Shown one piece after another: positions 63,969-64,000 of a stretch of DNA of 64,000 bases. Each line of letters begins with the position of its first letter. The stretch's first letter is position 1. The position numbers and the translations under genes are program-made. This stretch comes from Cyanophora paradoxa CCMP329 (lineage: Eukaryota > Plantae > Glaucophyta), in the NCBI GenBank assembly GCA_004431415.1, contig QPMI01000158.1, positions 1 to 64,000 on the forward strand, written 5' to 3'. Below the pieces are notes generated by a model, which was given only the letters and a program-made list of their open reading frames with translations, ran no database searches and had not been told where the DNA came from.

Positions 63969-64000
63969 GGTGCTAAATGATAGATCCGAAAGAGGATAAA

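Larger units (their letters stand above)
59221..64000. mobile_element. Left end of an endogenous Polinton/Maverick-, PLV- or mavirus-like element (continues beyond window)
   Basis: Sharp switch to AT-rich DNA, intronless tightly packed ORFs, Polinton-type rve integrase, 2.7-kb repeat-rich noncoding terminus, precise junction inside a host gene copy. No capsid or polymerase gene visible here. Confidence 0.8.

Overview
Eukaryotic, GC-rich nuclear DNA with many short introns. Two genes start with Phe-motif plastid transit peptides (MAF/MAGF), which suggests a primary-plastid alga such as a glaucophyte (inference). 1-47.3 kb is a gene-dense block: SDR, TPT-family transporter, RPL34, bZIP-like factor, a hypothetical protein, O-methyltransferase, an ankyrin+jacalin-like+TRP channel, alpha/beta-hydrolase, DUSP12/YVH1, Zn-finger protein, kelch-coiled-coil-RING protein, bromodomain protein and TMEM94-like P-type ATPase. 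47.3-59.2 kb is a rearranged, decaying segmental amplification holding TMEM94 3' fragments and three copies of an orphan gene. From 59221 to the window end lies the left end of an AT-rich, intronless Polinton/PLV/virophage-like element with a terminal hairpin, iteron-like inverted arrays, tandem repeats and an rve integrase. Top observations: (1) paralog comparison shows a recurrent insertion in which a 3-mer X becomes X-revcomp(X)-X (about 18 cases), which may explain the many palindromic hexamers in intergenic DNA; (2) the element end is a G.T-rich fold-back followed by three equally spaced iteron-like inverted arrays; (3) a TRP channel appears to carry an inserted jacalin-like domain. Exon boundaries were read by eye and are approximate.
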